NCBI GenBank assembly: GCA_963665845.2
Contig: OY762492.1
Location: 1,280,001-1,344,000 of the forward strand
DNA length: 64,000 nt
Direction of reading: 5' to 3'
Source of the DNA: Candidatus Poribacteria bacterium
GTDB lineage: Bacteria > Poribacteria > WGA-4E > GCA-2687025
The notes below the pieces were generated by a model. That model was not told the origin of the DNA, ran no database searches, and worked only from the letters and a program-made list of their open reading frames with translations. Below are positions 27,651-36,801 of the stretch, piece by piece. The position numbers and the translations under genes were made by a program. Positions within the stretch are counted from its first letter, which is position 1, and every line of letters begins with the position of its first letter.

Positions 27651-30269
27651 ATGAGCGAAATACAGCCTCACGATAATTCGAGCTTGGCACGGTTTGTTCC
27701 GAGCTTGGCACAGTTTAACGAAAAGCAGCAGCCTATCGTTATTCGGATATCTGCACAGTTTCTGGAATTTGAGGCAGATCCGTATCTGTTCCGCGGCCTT
27801 CCGAAGGAGAGTGCGGATAACAGACCGTATAATGAATCTGATGTCCGGAACCACCTAAGACGCGGTAACGATGCGCATGTGAAAGGCGATCTTGACGACG
27901 CCATCAGAGAATATACCAAAGCGATTGAGCTGGATCCAAACTCTGCCGACGCTTATCGCCTGCGCGGCGTCGCTTACGGCACAAAAGGCGATCTTGACGA
28001 CGCTATCAAAGATTTCAGCAAGGCGATTGAGCTGGATCCAAACTCTGCCGACGCCTATCACAATCGCGGCTTTGCTTACGGCACAAAAGGCGATCTTGAC
28101 GACGCCATCGAAGATTATACCAAAGCGATTGAGCTGGATCCGAGCTCCGTCATCACTTATGTCTTTCGCGGCATGGCTTATGTTCAAAACAGCGAACATG
28201 AAAAAGCCATTGACGACTGCAGCAAGGCAATCGAAATCGATTCAGACAATCTTGACGCCTACAACTTTCGCGGCTGCGCTTATTTCGGAAAAGGCGATCT
28301 CGACAAAGCCATTGACGACTACAGCAAAGCAATCGAAATCGATCCAAACAATGCCATAACCTATGCCAACCGAGGCAGCGCTTATGTCCAAAATAGCGAG
28401 CGTGGAAAAGCCATTGACGACTGCAGCAAGGCAATCGAAATCGATCCAAACGATGCCTTCGCCCATCGGATTCGCGGCGACGCTCATGCCGAAAACAACG
28501 ATTTTCAGGCAGCCATAAAAGATTTTGACAAAGCGGTTGAACTGGACCCAAACGATGTCGGCGTCTATAACAGTCGCGGCTACGCTTATGTCCAAAAAGG
28601 CGATTTTCAGGCAGCCATAAAAGATTTTGACAAAGCGGTTGAACTGGACCCAAACAATATGGCTGTTTATAACAATCGCGGCTACGCTTATGTCCAAAAA
28701 GGCGATTTTCAGGCAGCCATAAAAGATTTTGACAAAGCGGTTGAACTGGACCCAAACAATGCGGCGGTCTATGCCAATCGTGGCAAGGCTTATGCCAAAA
28801 ACAGCGATTTTGAGACTGCCATCGAAGATTATACCGAAGCAATCGAACTGGACCCAAATGATGTCGACATCTATAACAATCGCGGCATTGCTCATGCCGA
28901 AAACAACGATTTTCATGCAGCCTTCGAAGATTTTAATAAAGCGATTGAGATCAATCCAAAATATGCAGAAGCCTATAGCAATCGCGGTGGAGCTTACGCC
29001 CGAAAAGGCGATTTTGAAACAGCCATCATAGATTATGACAAATCGATTAAACTGGACCCAAAAGGAGTCAATGCCTATAGCAATCGCGGTCGGGCTTACG
29101 CCCGAAAAGGCGATTTTGAAACAGCCATCGAAGATTATACCGCAGCGATCGAACTGAACCCGAACGATGTCGGCGTCTATAACAGCCGCGGCATTGCTCA
29201 TGCCGAAAACAACGATTTTGAGGCTGCCATCAAAGATTTTGACAAAGCGATTGAACTGGATCCAAACGAGGACAACATCTATAGAAATCGCGGTCGGGCT
29301 CACGCCATAAAAGGCGATTTTGAGGCTGCCATCGAAGATTATACCGAAGTGATTGAGCTGGACCCAAACGATGTCAATGCCTACCGCAATCGTGGCTTGG
29401 CCTATGCTCAAAACAGCAATTTTGATGCCGCTATCCTGGACTACACAAAAGCGATTGAGCTGAACCCAAACGATGCTGTCGCCTATAACAATCGCGGCTT
29501 GGCTTACATCCCAAAACGCGATTTTGACGCCGCCATCAGAGACTATGACAAGGCGATCGAGATAAATCCAAACTTTGCCGACGCCTATGGCAATCGCGGC
29601 AACGCTTATGCTGGAAACAGTGATTATGATGCGGCTATTCAGGACTACACAAAAGCGATTGAGCTGAACCCAAACGATGCTATCTCCTATAACAATCGCG
29701 GCAGCATTTATTACGCTGGAAAACGCGATTTTGACGCCGCTATCAGAGACTATGGCAAGGCAACAGAACTGGATCCAAACAATGCCGGCGCCTATAATAA
29801 CCGCGCCAATGTTTACCGCACTAAAGGCGAGATCGACAAGGCAATTGAGGACTACAGCCGCTTGCTAGAGATGCGTCCGAAGGTCGCGCGTCACTTTTAC
29901 CTACGCGGCGCAGCGCGGCTGCTGGCAAAAGACTGGGACGGCGCGGGGGATGACTTGTCCGCGTCGCTCCTTCAAGGCGTGGACGTTGCCGCCGAATTTG
30001 AGAAAACCTTCGGAAGTGCCGCTGTCTTTGAAGAGAAAACTGGCGCTCGTTTACCGTCCGAAATTATGGAGCTGGTGCGCCCGCGGGAGGGCGTCCCGTT
30101 TGAGATGGACAAGGAGGCGCGCGTCGCCTTGGCGATGCGTTATTACGCAAACGACGAATTGAGCAGCGGTCTTGCCGCCCGACTTGCCGGCGTGTCGCGC
30201 GTCGATTTTTGGGATCTCATGGGCGATTACGGACTTTCTATCTTTAGCTTTGACGACGACGAGCTTTGA
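27651..30269 (+). CDS. Long TPR protein (about 21 TPRs) with C-terminal UPF0175 antitoxin domain (copy 4)
   Basis: 34-aa repeats AYxNRGxAYxxKGDFxxAIxDYxKAIELDPN. The last ~165 aa match copies 1-3. N-terminal YLFRGL. Confidence 0.9.
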   Translation: MSEIQPHDNSSLARFVPSLAQFNEKQQPIVIRISAQFLEFEADPYLFRGLPKESADNRPYNESDVRNHLRRGNDAHVKGDLDDAIREYTKAIELDPNSADAYRLRGVAYGTKGDLDDAIKDFSKAIELDPNSADAYHNRGFAYGTKGDLDDAIEDYTKAIELDPSSVITYVFRGMAYVQNSEHEKAIDDCSKAIEIDSDNLDAYNFRGCAYFGKGDLDKAIDDYSKAIEIDPNNAITYANRGSAYVQNSERGKAIDDCSKAIEIDPNDAFAHRIRGDAHAENNDFQAAIKDFDKAVELDPNDVGVYNSRGYAYVQKGDFQAAIKDFDKAVELDPNNMAVYNNRGYAYVQKGDFQAAIKDFDKAVELDPNNAAVYANRGKAYAKNSDFETAIEDYTEAIELDPNDVDIYNNRGIAHAENNDFHAAFEDFNKAIEINPKYAEAYSNRGGAYARKGDFETAIIDYDKSIKLDPKGVNAYSNRGRAYARKGDFETAIEDYTAAIELNPNDVGVYNSRGIAHAENNDFEAAIKDFDKAIELDPNEDNIYRNRGRAHAIKGDFEAAIEDYTEVIELDPNDVNAYRNRGLAYAQNSNFDAAILDYTKAIELNPNDAVAYNNRGLAYIPKRDFDAAIRDYDKAIEINPNFADAYGNRGNAYAGNSDYDAAIQDYTKAIELNPNDAISYNNRGSIYYAGKRDFDAAIRDYGKATELDPNNAGAYNNRANVYRTKGEIDKAIEDYSRLLEMRPKVARHFYLRGAARLLAKDWDGAGDDLSASLLQGVDVAAEFEKTFGSAAVFEEKTGARLPSEIMELVRPREGVPFEMDKEARVALAMRYYANDELSSGLAARLAGVSRVDFWDLMGDYGLSIFSFDDDEL

Positions 30270-30761
30270 ATGTCAGTAAAGCCCGTCATCAGCGACACAA
30301 GTCCGCTTATTGCGCTGTCGAAGATCCAGAAGCTTTCGCTTCTTCGGGATCTTTATACAGAGGTTCTGATCCCTAGAGCTGTTGAAAACGAGTTTCTTCA
30401 AAAGTTTCCAATTGCCCGCCAGGAGGAGCTTGACAACGCCCCATGGATCCGAGTCGTTGATTTACAGGACCCTCAAAAAGCAGCGGCAAATGTAAGACTT
30501 GGTCTAGGGGAAGCCGAGGCTTTGGTTCTTGCCGACGAGAAAAAAGCGCGACTCGTTCTTATGGACGAGAAGAAAGGACGGAAGGCAGCCAGAGAGGGCG
30601 AGTTTATCGTTAAGAGAATGGCAGATATTTTGCTGGAGGCAAAGAAGAAACGCCTGATTGACATGGTTGAACCGTATTTAAACGCATTGAAAGCTAAGGG
30701 AGAACGTCTAAGCGATCCGATGATCCATAAAATTCTGAAGGCGGCGGGCGAGGCGGACTAA
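30270..30761 (+). CDS. DUF3368 PIN-domain putative toxin (third intact copy)
   Basis: ISDTSPL, IPRAVENE, LGEAEAL, LMDEKKGR. The usual GTxG reads KRMAD. Confidence 0.85.
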   Translation: MSVKPVISDTSPLIALSKIQKLSLLRDLYTEVLIPRAVENEFLQKFPIARQEELDNAPWIRVVDLQDPQKAAANVRLGLGEAEALVLADEKKARLVLMDEKKGRKAAREGEFIVKRMADILLEAKKKRLIDMVEPYLNALKAKGERLSDPMIHKILKAAGEAD

Positions 30762-30845
30762 CGGACACGGCGCGTTCTTTCTTGCGCCGCCCGCCCCGAT
30801 GCGTTATGCTGTATCGGCAATCGGTTCGTTATGGAGGCTTTTTCG

Positions 30846-31652
30846 ATGAGAATGACTGACGAGGAGCGTTTTCGTTTTGACCTGAACGGGTATCTGCTGC
30901 GTCCGGCGATTTTGTCCCAGGACGAAATCGACGCGATCATTGACCAGATCGACCGCATCAAGCATGACCCTGAATCGCTGCCGCCTGAGCATCGCGCTGT
31001 GCCGGGCGGTCCGTCCAGCGTGTTGATTGATCATCCGATGGTGATCGGCGTTCTGAATGACATCATCGGACCTGAAATCCGTCTGGAGAGCAGTTTTTGC
31101 ATCTGGCGGCAGAAGGGTCAGAGCGCGGGCGGTTTGCATGGCGGCGGCCCGAGTCAGGGGGATCCGATCTTCGGCTATCGGGTTCGCAACGGGCGGATCC
31201 ATGCGGGGATGGTGCGCGTCGCGTTTGAGTTGACGGCCGTTTCCAAAGAGGACGGCGGGACGCATTTCATACCGGGCAGCCACAAGTCCAACTTCCCGAT
31301 GCATCCTGATCATATGTCGTTGGAGGACGGGAAGCGCAGCCCGTTTTTGACCAGCTACGACTGCCCCGCCGGCAGCGCGCTGTTCTTCACGGAGAACCTG
31401 TGCCATGCGGGTCCTGTATGGAAGCGGGACACGCCGCGCGTCACGGTTTTCAACGCTTACGCGCATCTGGCGACGCACTGGCATCGGTTGACGATTCCGC
31501 CCGCTGTGTTGAACGCCCTGCCGCGCGAGAAGCAGGCGTATTTCAGGGAGCCTTGGGTGGCAGACTTCCGCACCAGTCCCGCGACGCACAACACAATTGA
31601 GCGTTTTGTCGGGAACGAGGAGCCGACGGTCAACACGGATCGGCAGCCTTAG
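30846..31652 (+). CDS. PhyH-family Fe(II)/2-oxoglutarate oxygenase
   Basis: FDLNGYL, GLHGGG, GGTHFIPGSHK, AGSALFFTENLCHAG..W...R. Confidence 0.85.
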   Translation: MRMTDEERFRFDLNGYLLRPAILSQDEIDAIIDQIDRIKHDPESLPPEHRAVPGGPSSVLIDHPMVIGVLNDIIGPEIRLESSFCIWRQKGQSAGGLHGGGPSQGDPIFGYRVRNGRIHAGMVRVAFELTAVSKEDGGTHFIPGSHKSNFPMHPDHMSLEDGKRSPFLTSYDCPAGSALFFTENLCHAGPVWKRDTPRVTVFNAYAHLATHWHRLTIPPAVLNALPREKQAYFREPWVADFRTSPATHNTIERFVGNEEPTVNTDRQP

Positions 31653-31710
31653 CGTTGGCGCTTGAGTCGGGACAACGCTGAATATGAACGCGGACGTCGT
31701 TTGTTGGACT

Positions 31711-31737
31711 CTGGATTCCCGCTTACGCGGGAATGAC
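31711..31737. repeat. REP-like palindrome
   Basis: CTGGATTCCCGCTTACGCGGGAATGAC. Confidence 0.85.
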
Positions 31738-31783
31738 GGCAAAGCCGCTTGCGTTCCGCCGCCGAATCGCGTAGGATTGCCGT

Positions 31784-32830
31784 ATGACAGCCAAGAAGAT
31801 ACGTTTGACAGAAACGGTCGAGTGCGCGGGTTGAGCGTCTAAGTTGTCTCCGGCGGCGCTGGAGAAGGCGGTCGGTCTTTTGCCGAAAACGGACGATCCG
31901 TCCCTGCTTTGGGGGATGGACACGTCGGACGATGCCGGCGTGTACCAGCTCTCTGACGAGATCGCGGTCGTCAACAGCGTCGACTATTTCACTCCCATTG
32001 TGGACGACCCGCGCATGTTCGGCGAGATCGCCGCGGCGAACGCGTTGAGCGATATTTACGCGATGGGCGCCGTCCCGAAAACGGCTCTCAACATCGTCTA
32101 CTGGGACAAGAACCTGCCGATAGAGATTCTGTCGGAGATTCTTCTCGGCGGATCGCTTCAGCTGGAACGCGCCGGCTGCGCTCTTGTCGGAGGACACTCG
32201 GTCGAAGCGCCGGAGCTGATGTACGGCTTGGCGGTAACGGGCGTCGTTCATCCGAACCGTTTCAAGCGCAACCGCGGCGCGCGGGCGGGCGATCTTCTCG
32301 TTTTGACAAAACCGCTCGGCGTCGGCGTCCTCACTACCGCCGCAAAGTTCAACATGATCAGCGAGGCGGAGCTGCAGCCCGCCATCGATTCGATGCGTCA
32401 GCTGAACGACGCGGCAGGCGTCGTCCTTCAGAAATATGAAGGCAGAGCCGCGACCGACATTACAGGTTACGGTTTGGCGGGGCATGGTTATGAAATGGCG
32501 GCGGCGAGCGGCGTCGCGCTGGAGTTTGACGCCGAACGGCTGCCCGTCTTGCCGTTGGCGCTGGAGCTGATTCGCAAGGGGGTCAAGACGCGCGCGCCGA
32601 AGACGAACGCCGCCTATGTCGGCAAAAACTTGAAAACGGCGCGCGGCGTTTCAAAAGCGGCGCGTCAGCTGTTCTTAGAGGCGGAGACCTCCGGCGGCTT
32701 GCTGATTGCATTTCCGCCGGAGCGGGCGGCGGCGGCGCTGGCGGCGCTGCATGAGCGCGGCTGCGTCCATGCGGCGGAGGTTGGGCGCGTTGTTGAGTCG
32801 CCGGCAGGGGGCGTCTCGCTCCTGTCGTAG
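31784..32830 (+). CDS. selD: Selenide, water dikinase, selenoprotein form (in-frame UGA = Sec17)
   Basis: MTAKKIRLTETVECAG-TGA-ASKLSP; DDAGVY, DYFTPIVDDP, NALSDIYAMG, GGHS, TDITGYGL, ETSGGLL. Confidence 0.93.
31847..31865 (+). promoter_or_regulatory. Putative bacterial SECIS hairpin
   Basis: TCTCCGGC-GGC-GCTGGAGA 8-bp stem with a G-initial loop, 12 nt after the UGA at 31832-31834. Confidence 0.7.
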
Positions 32831-32837
32831 ATTCGGC

Positions 32838-33680
32838 TCAACGCAAAAAGAACCGTACCCCTCCCGTAAATCCGACCTGAGCGTCGTTGTCTCCTTCAAA
32901 GACGGTTCGAGACGCTTCCACATACGCGGCGGCAGGTTCCGAGAACCGATACTCCAAACGCGCATGGGGCGTCATCCAACGCGTCGCGGCGGTTCTATTC
33001 CTCCTATCGCGCTGATCGTCAAAACTTCGCAGCTCGCCGATGAGAATGCCCGCGGACGCCTTCAGGTCTTTGAGAATGCGGTAGGACGCCTCCGCATGAA
33101 AGCGGTTGATTGCAAAGAATCGATGGTCTTCGTTTTCATTCATGGTTGAGCGGTTCATATTCGCCGACAAGACCAGATCGGGAGTCGCAAACACGGAGCC
33201 GCCCAAGAGAAGCGCATACCCGTCTAAAGTCTGCGAATCTACAGAGTTCACGCCCGACAGATTGTCCGAAGCGAAGCGCATATTGTAGAACGAATAGCCT
33301 GCCCGCGCGTAGAGCTGGAGGCGGTCGATCGGTTCCGCATGCGCGCCGATTCCTGCGCTCAAGAAGGAATCGAGCGCGCTGGCGGTCAGGCGGCGTTCTT
33401 CTCCATTGTCATTCACAACGGCGCTCCGAAAATAACGATCCGCATACCCGCTTCCCCATGCGTGAAAATGCCGGCCAAACGTTTTTCCGCCCAGGAAGTT
33501 CAAGCCGTTGCCGTCATCGAGGTAGCTTGTATCCGTATGGGCGTATCCGATGCGGATATGATCGCGGTCGGGCGCCGACGCGAATTCATCCAGCGGATAA
33601 ATGAACAGATGATTCAGGGCGCGGGACGGCAGCGCCAGCGCCAATAGAAACAGAGCAGAAATGAACGCTCTCATGAACAT
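32838..33680 (-). CDS. Outer-membrane beta-barrel protein
   Basis: Signal peptide, alternating aromatic beta strands, C-terminal GFTGGVRFF. Confidence 0.65.
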   Translation of the reverse strand: MFMRAFISALFLLALALPSRALNHLFIYPLDEFASAPDRDHIRIGYAHTDTSYLDDGNGLNFLGGKTFGRHFHAWGSGYADRYFRSAVVNDNGEERRLTASALDSFLSAGIGAHAEPIDRLQLYARAGYSFYNMRFASDNLSGVNSVDSQTLDGYALLLGGSVFATPDLVLSANMNRSTMNENEDHRFFAINRFHAEASYRILKDLKASAGILIGELRSFDDQRDRRNRTAATRWMTPHARLEYRFSEPAAAYVEASRTVFEGDNDAQVGFTGGVRFFLR

Positions 33681-33753
33681 GGCAAGTTCCCTTCGCAACG
33701 AGTTCGATTCATGCTGTGTTGTTAAGATGCCATGAAGACGCAATGCCTGTCAA

Positions 33754-33855
33754 CTGACCTCGCCGTCATTCCCGCGTAAGCGGGAATCCAGAGGCGCCGC
33801 AGACGACGTCGGCGCTCGCCATCAGATTTGTCCCTATTAAAGACGTAAAGGTCAG
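33754..33855. repeat. Composite repeat, inverted copy of the 4037-4126 element
   Basis: Bounded by CTGACCT...AGGTCAG. Contains a REP at 33765-33791 and GGCGCCGCAGACGACGTC, the reverse complement of 4081-4098. Confidence 0.7.
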
Positions 33856-33858
33856 CTA

Positions 33859-34899
33859 TCAATTCAACGGGGCTTTTAGTTCGGTCATCAAAACCCAGGG
33901 ATCGTCTGCGGTTCGGCGGTACCGCACCGTTGCGTTCAGCTCGGCGCCTTTCCGGCTTGCGCGGTTGAACGGAACGGCGATGACGCGCGTTTCGCCCGCC
34001 TTTAGCCGTATGTCCTTTGCCGCTGGTTGAACGGGCTTGCCTCCCTCGTCCAGCGGGTGTTGATGCGTCTCCCGCGCGTCATGGAGAACGGCGCCGCCCG
34101 CCGCTGCGATCCGTATGCGCAGCTCAATTTCACGCAGAGGCGCCGCCGGGACGGGATGATCCGCCGTGTTCGTTAAATACAGCTGAACGCCCTCCTCCGT
34201 CGTTTCATAATCCAAAAACAGCGCCGACTGCAGAAACTCTTCGCTGCGCGATCCCAAGAACGCATGCGAAGCGGAGCGCTTGATTTCAGCGCTGTACTGG
34301 CTCGGCTTCCGCTGCGTTTCCGGCATGTGGCACCGCTGGCATGTCTCTCTAGACCCTTCCGCCCGATCCTTCACCTGATTGTGCGCCGCAACCTTCGGCT
34401 GTCCATGACAGCTGCCGCACAACTTGATCTGGCGCGTATAGTAGACGTTGGACGCTTTCGTTTTATGAAACGGGGACGGGTCGTTGTAGGGACCTTTCAT
34501 GGCGCCGTCCGCGTCCAGATGGCATGTGAGGCAGTCGACGCCTGTCTCTTTGCCTTCGGCGCGCAGCAGCGGCATCGGGTACGGGTTCTCCTTCGTCAGC
34601 TTCGCTCCCGCGCCTGTGATGAGTATCGGCTGCGGGGCGTGGCACGGGTCGCATGCTGTCGGCGCATCCTCATACTCGGCGCGCAGCTGTTGATACAGCT
34701 TGCTTTCCCACGCCTGCGCATGCCCCGACGCATCCCACTCCTCCCAGATCTGTTGATGGCAGTCGGCGCATTTTCCCTCCTCCATATGCGCGCGCATCTC
34801 GTTCGCGTCAGGATAGGTCTTCTGCGCATGAAGAACCCATGCGGCGGCAAAGGCGAACAGCGCAGCGAAAACAGCGGCGGCGGCAAGTCGGGGTTTCAT
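33859..34899 (-). CDS. Periplasmic pentaheme cytochrome c (c554/c552-like)
   Basis: Five CxxCH motifs: CADCH, CDPCH, CLTCH, CGSCH, CQRCH. Signal peptide MKPRLAAAAVF. Confidence 0.9.
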   Translation of the reverse strand: MKPRLAAAAVFAALFAFAAAWVLHAQKTYPDANEMRAHMEEGKCADCHQQIWEEWDASGHAQAWESKLYQQLRAEYEDAPTACDPCHAPQPILITGAGAKLTKENPYPMPLLRAEGKETGVDCLTCHLDADGAMKGPYNDPSPFHKTKASNVYYTRQIKLCGSCHGQPKVAAHNQVKDRAEGSRETCQRCHMPETQRKPSQYSAEIKRSASHAFLGSRSEEFLQSALFLDYETTEEGVQLYLTNTADHPVPAAPLREIELRIRIAAAGGAVLHDARETHQHPLDEGGKPVQPAAKDIRLKAGETRVIAVPFNRASRKGAELNATVRYRRTADDPWVLMTELKAPLN

Positions 34900-34944
34900 C
34901 CCAGAAAGTATAATCGACCGCGCCCCTCCTGTCATCCCGCGCCC

Positions 34945-35117
34945 CTGACCTTACGTTTTTAGTTGGAACATGCCGGCGGGCGGATGCGGACGGGTTTTGC
35001 GGAGCTTCAGATTCTCTCCCTGTCCCCATTTTCACGGGGACATGTTCGCAGGGTCATGGCTTGCGCAGGAATGAAAAGACTGGCGGGGGTTTGTCCGCAG
35101 ATAGAAGGCGTCGTCAG
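34945..35117. repeat. Degenerate composite MITE-like repeat
   Basis: CTGACC-N10-AGTTGGAACAT at left; right end reverse-complements to CTGACG-N10-TCTGCGGACAA; decayed REP inside. Confidence 0.5.
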
Positions 35118-35917
35118 CGCCGCCTGCCGTATTTGACATCCAGCTCCCGAAGACGCGCCAAAGCCTTTTCCGTCGGCTCCTTAAATTCGCCCGACTCATA
35201 AAAATCGCGCGTCTTTGCGTTCAGGTTGCCGTAGAAACGGCGCGTGGATTCGTTAGAACTGCCGCGCCAAAGCTCCGCCGGAATGATCGAATCTTCGCTT
35301 AAATACGGGCGGTCGGCGAACCCGTAATAAATCTGCGCCGTTTTGCGTTCGCGCTGCGTGGGGCGGGTCGTCGCCGTGTGGAGCGCGCCGATGTTGAAAA
35401 GGATGCCCGTTCCCGCTTCGCCGTACAGATCGCGCTTTCCGCCGCGCTCCAGCTGCGGATCGTTTTCAAGGATCGGCTCATCGACCGATTCGGGCGAGAT
35501 GGAAAAGCAGTGCGTCGTCTCGTCCACATCCGTAAAATACAGCATCAGCTGCAGAAAACCGACGCGCAGCGGATGCTCCATCCAGTGTCGCGGCCCGTCC
35601 CTGTGCCACGCCTGATGAAACTCGCCCTCGTAAGCCGCCATGTTGCGCAGGCAGATCTCCGAAAAGCATGGGTTTGGACCCATCAGCTGCCACAGCGCCT
35701 CCATCACAACGGGATGCCGCACAATGCGGTCGAACGCCGGCGAGGTGAATAAGGCGTCGCAGTTGACCGTCTGATGATGCCCGATCCGGTACCAGTGTCC
35801 GTTGGCGCGGTCGCGTTCAAACAGCGCCGTGAACTCCTCCACCTCAGCGTCGGTCAAGATTTTTCCCAGCGACGCGTATCCGTTCTGTTTAAAGAAATGC
35901 ATCTGGACGTCGGTCAT
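35114..35917 (-). CDS. PhyH-family Fe(II)/2-oxoglutarate dioxygenase
   Basis: FFKQNGY, WHRD (HxD), GEAGTGILFNIGALH...R. Confidence 0.85.
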   Translation of the reverse strand: MTDVQMHFFKQNGYASLGKILTDAEVEEFTALFERDRANGHWYRIGHHQTVNCDALFTSPAFDRIVRHPVVMEALWQLMGPNPCFSEICLRNMAAYEGEFHQAWHRDGPRHWMEHPLRVGFLQLMLYFTDVDETTHCFSISPESVDEPILENDPQLERGGKRDLYGEAGTGILFNIGALHTATTRPTQRERKTAQIYYGFADRPYLSEDSIIPAELWRGSSNESTRRFYGNLNAKTRDFYESGEFKEPTEKALARLRELDVKYGRRR

Positions 35918-36801
35918 GGGGTCTCCTCTTCGTTTGGGAGAATGCGCTGCCGGAGACGCGCCATCTCCCGTTCCACTTCCATATTTTGGACTCTCTGATC
36001 AAGCCCGCCGTTCAACTCCACGCCTTCGCCAGGGATGAATTGCGCTCTCATCTCAGCGATCGCCGCGTTCACTTCGTTATGGTCGTCCGCGACTTCATGC
36101 TGGATCATTGATGCCGCTTTTTTAAATCCTTCCTGCTGCTTCGCCGCTTTGATTTCCGCAATTTGTATCCGATAATCTTCCGCTTTCATCTCCATTTGGT
36201 TCAGAGCCTCTGAGCAGTCGTTGATGTTTTGGTCAATCAGCGCGCATAATTCTTCGGCGTTGGCTTTTCGGACGAGAAGGCGCCGCGCGTCGTCTTCCAG
36301 ATCGTCCCGCAAAAACTGCATGGCTGCCATTTCGTAATCCACGATGTTTTGCTGATGCTGACCCAATTCATCCCGCATCTCTTTCAATTTGGTTTGAAAT
36401 TGTTCGATCATGTTGACGAGGCGGATGCGAGCTTTGGATAATTGAAGGATCGCCTTATGGTATTTTTTCCTTCTGCTCACCCGCTGATTTTCTCGATGAA
36501 CAGACACGATCCGATAGACCGCCAATATGAAAATGAGAAGAAACAGCGCCGCGGCGGCATACGCTGCAACCTCGGCGAACCATGGGGAAGCAGGATCCGA
36601 CGCGATCGGAATCACGTATCTGAAGACCGTATAGACCTCTATGATGAACGAGAGCGCCGCCGCAAAGATCCACAACTCGAAGCGCGACTTATGGATGAAT
36701 TGCTTGATGCGCCGAAAACTCCTCTGAATTCGATACCGCAGCGAACCAGGCTTATTGGTCCAATCTCTCGGCAGTAAAGGCGGGAAATGCGGCAATTTCA
36801 T
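35914..36801 (-). CDS. Two-TM-anchored PspA/IM30-like coiled-coil protein
   Basis: MKLPHF start, two TM helices, YEMAAMQFLRDDLEDDARRLLVRK (PspA hairpin-like), C-terminal EVEREMARLRQRI. Confidence 0.6.
   Translation of the reverse strand: MKLPHFPPLLPRDWTNKPGSLRYRIQRSFRRIKQFIHKSRFELWIFAAALSFIIEVYTVFRYVIPIASDPASPWFAEVAAYAAAALFLLIFILAVYRIVSVHRENQRVSRRKKYHKAILQLSKARIRLVNMIEQFQTKLKEMRDELGQHQQNIVDYEMAAMQFLRDDLEDDARRLLVRKANAEELCALIDQNINDCSEALNQMEMKAEDYRIQIAEIKAAKQQEGFKKAASMIQHEVADDHNEVNAAIAEMRAQFIPGEGVELNGGLDQRVQNMEVEREMARLRQRILPNEEETP

Noticed and set aside
27850-29850. 102-bp periodic DNA and long antisense ORFs (28242-29411, 28153-28857)
   Set aside because: Explained by TPR codon repeats on the plus strand.
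7756-32830. tRNA-Sec (selC) or other RNA genes near the sel genes
   Set aside because: No cloverleaf or rRNA-like sequence recognised by eye. tRNAscan-SE/Aragorn would be needed to exclude it.
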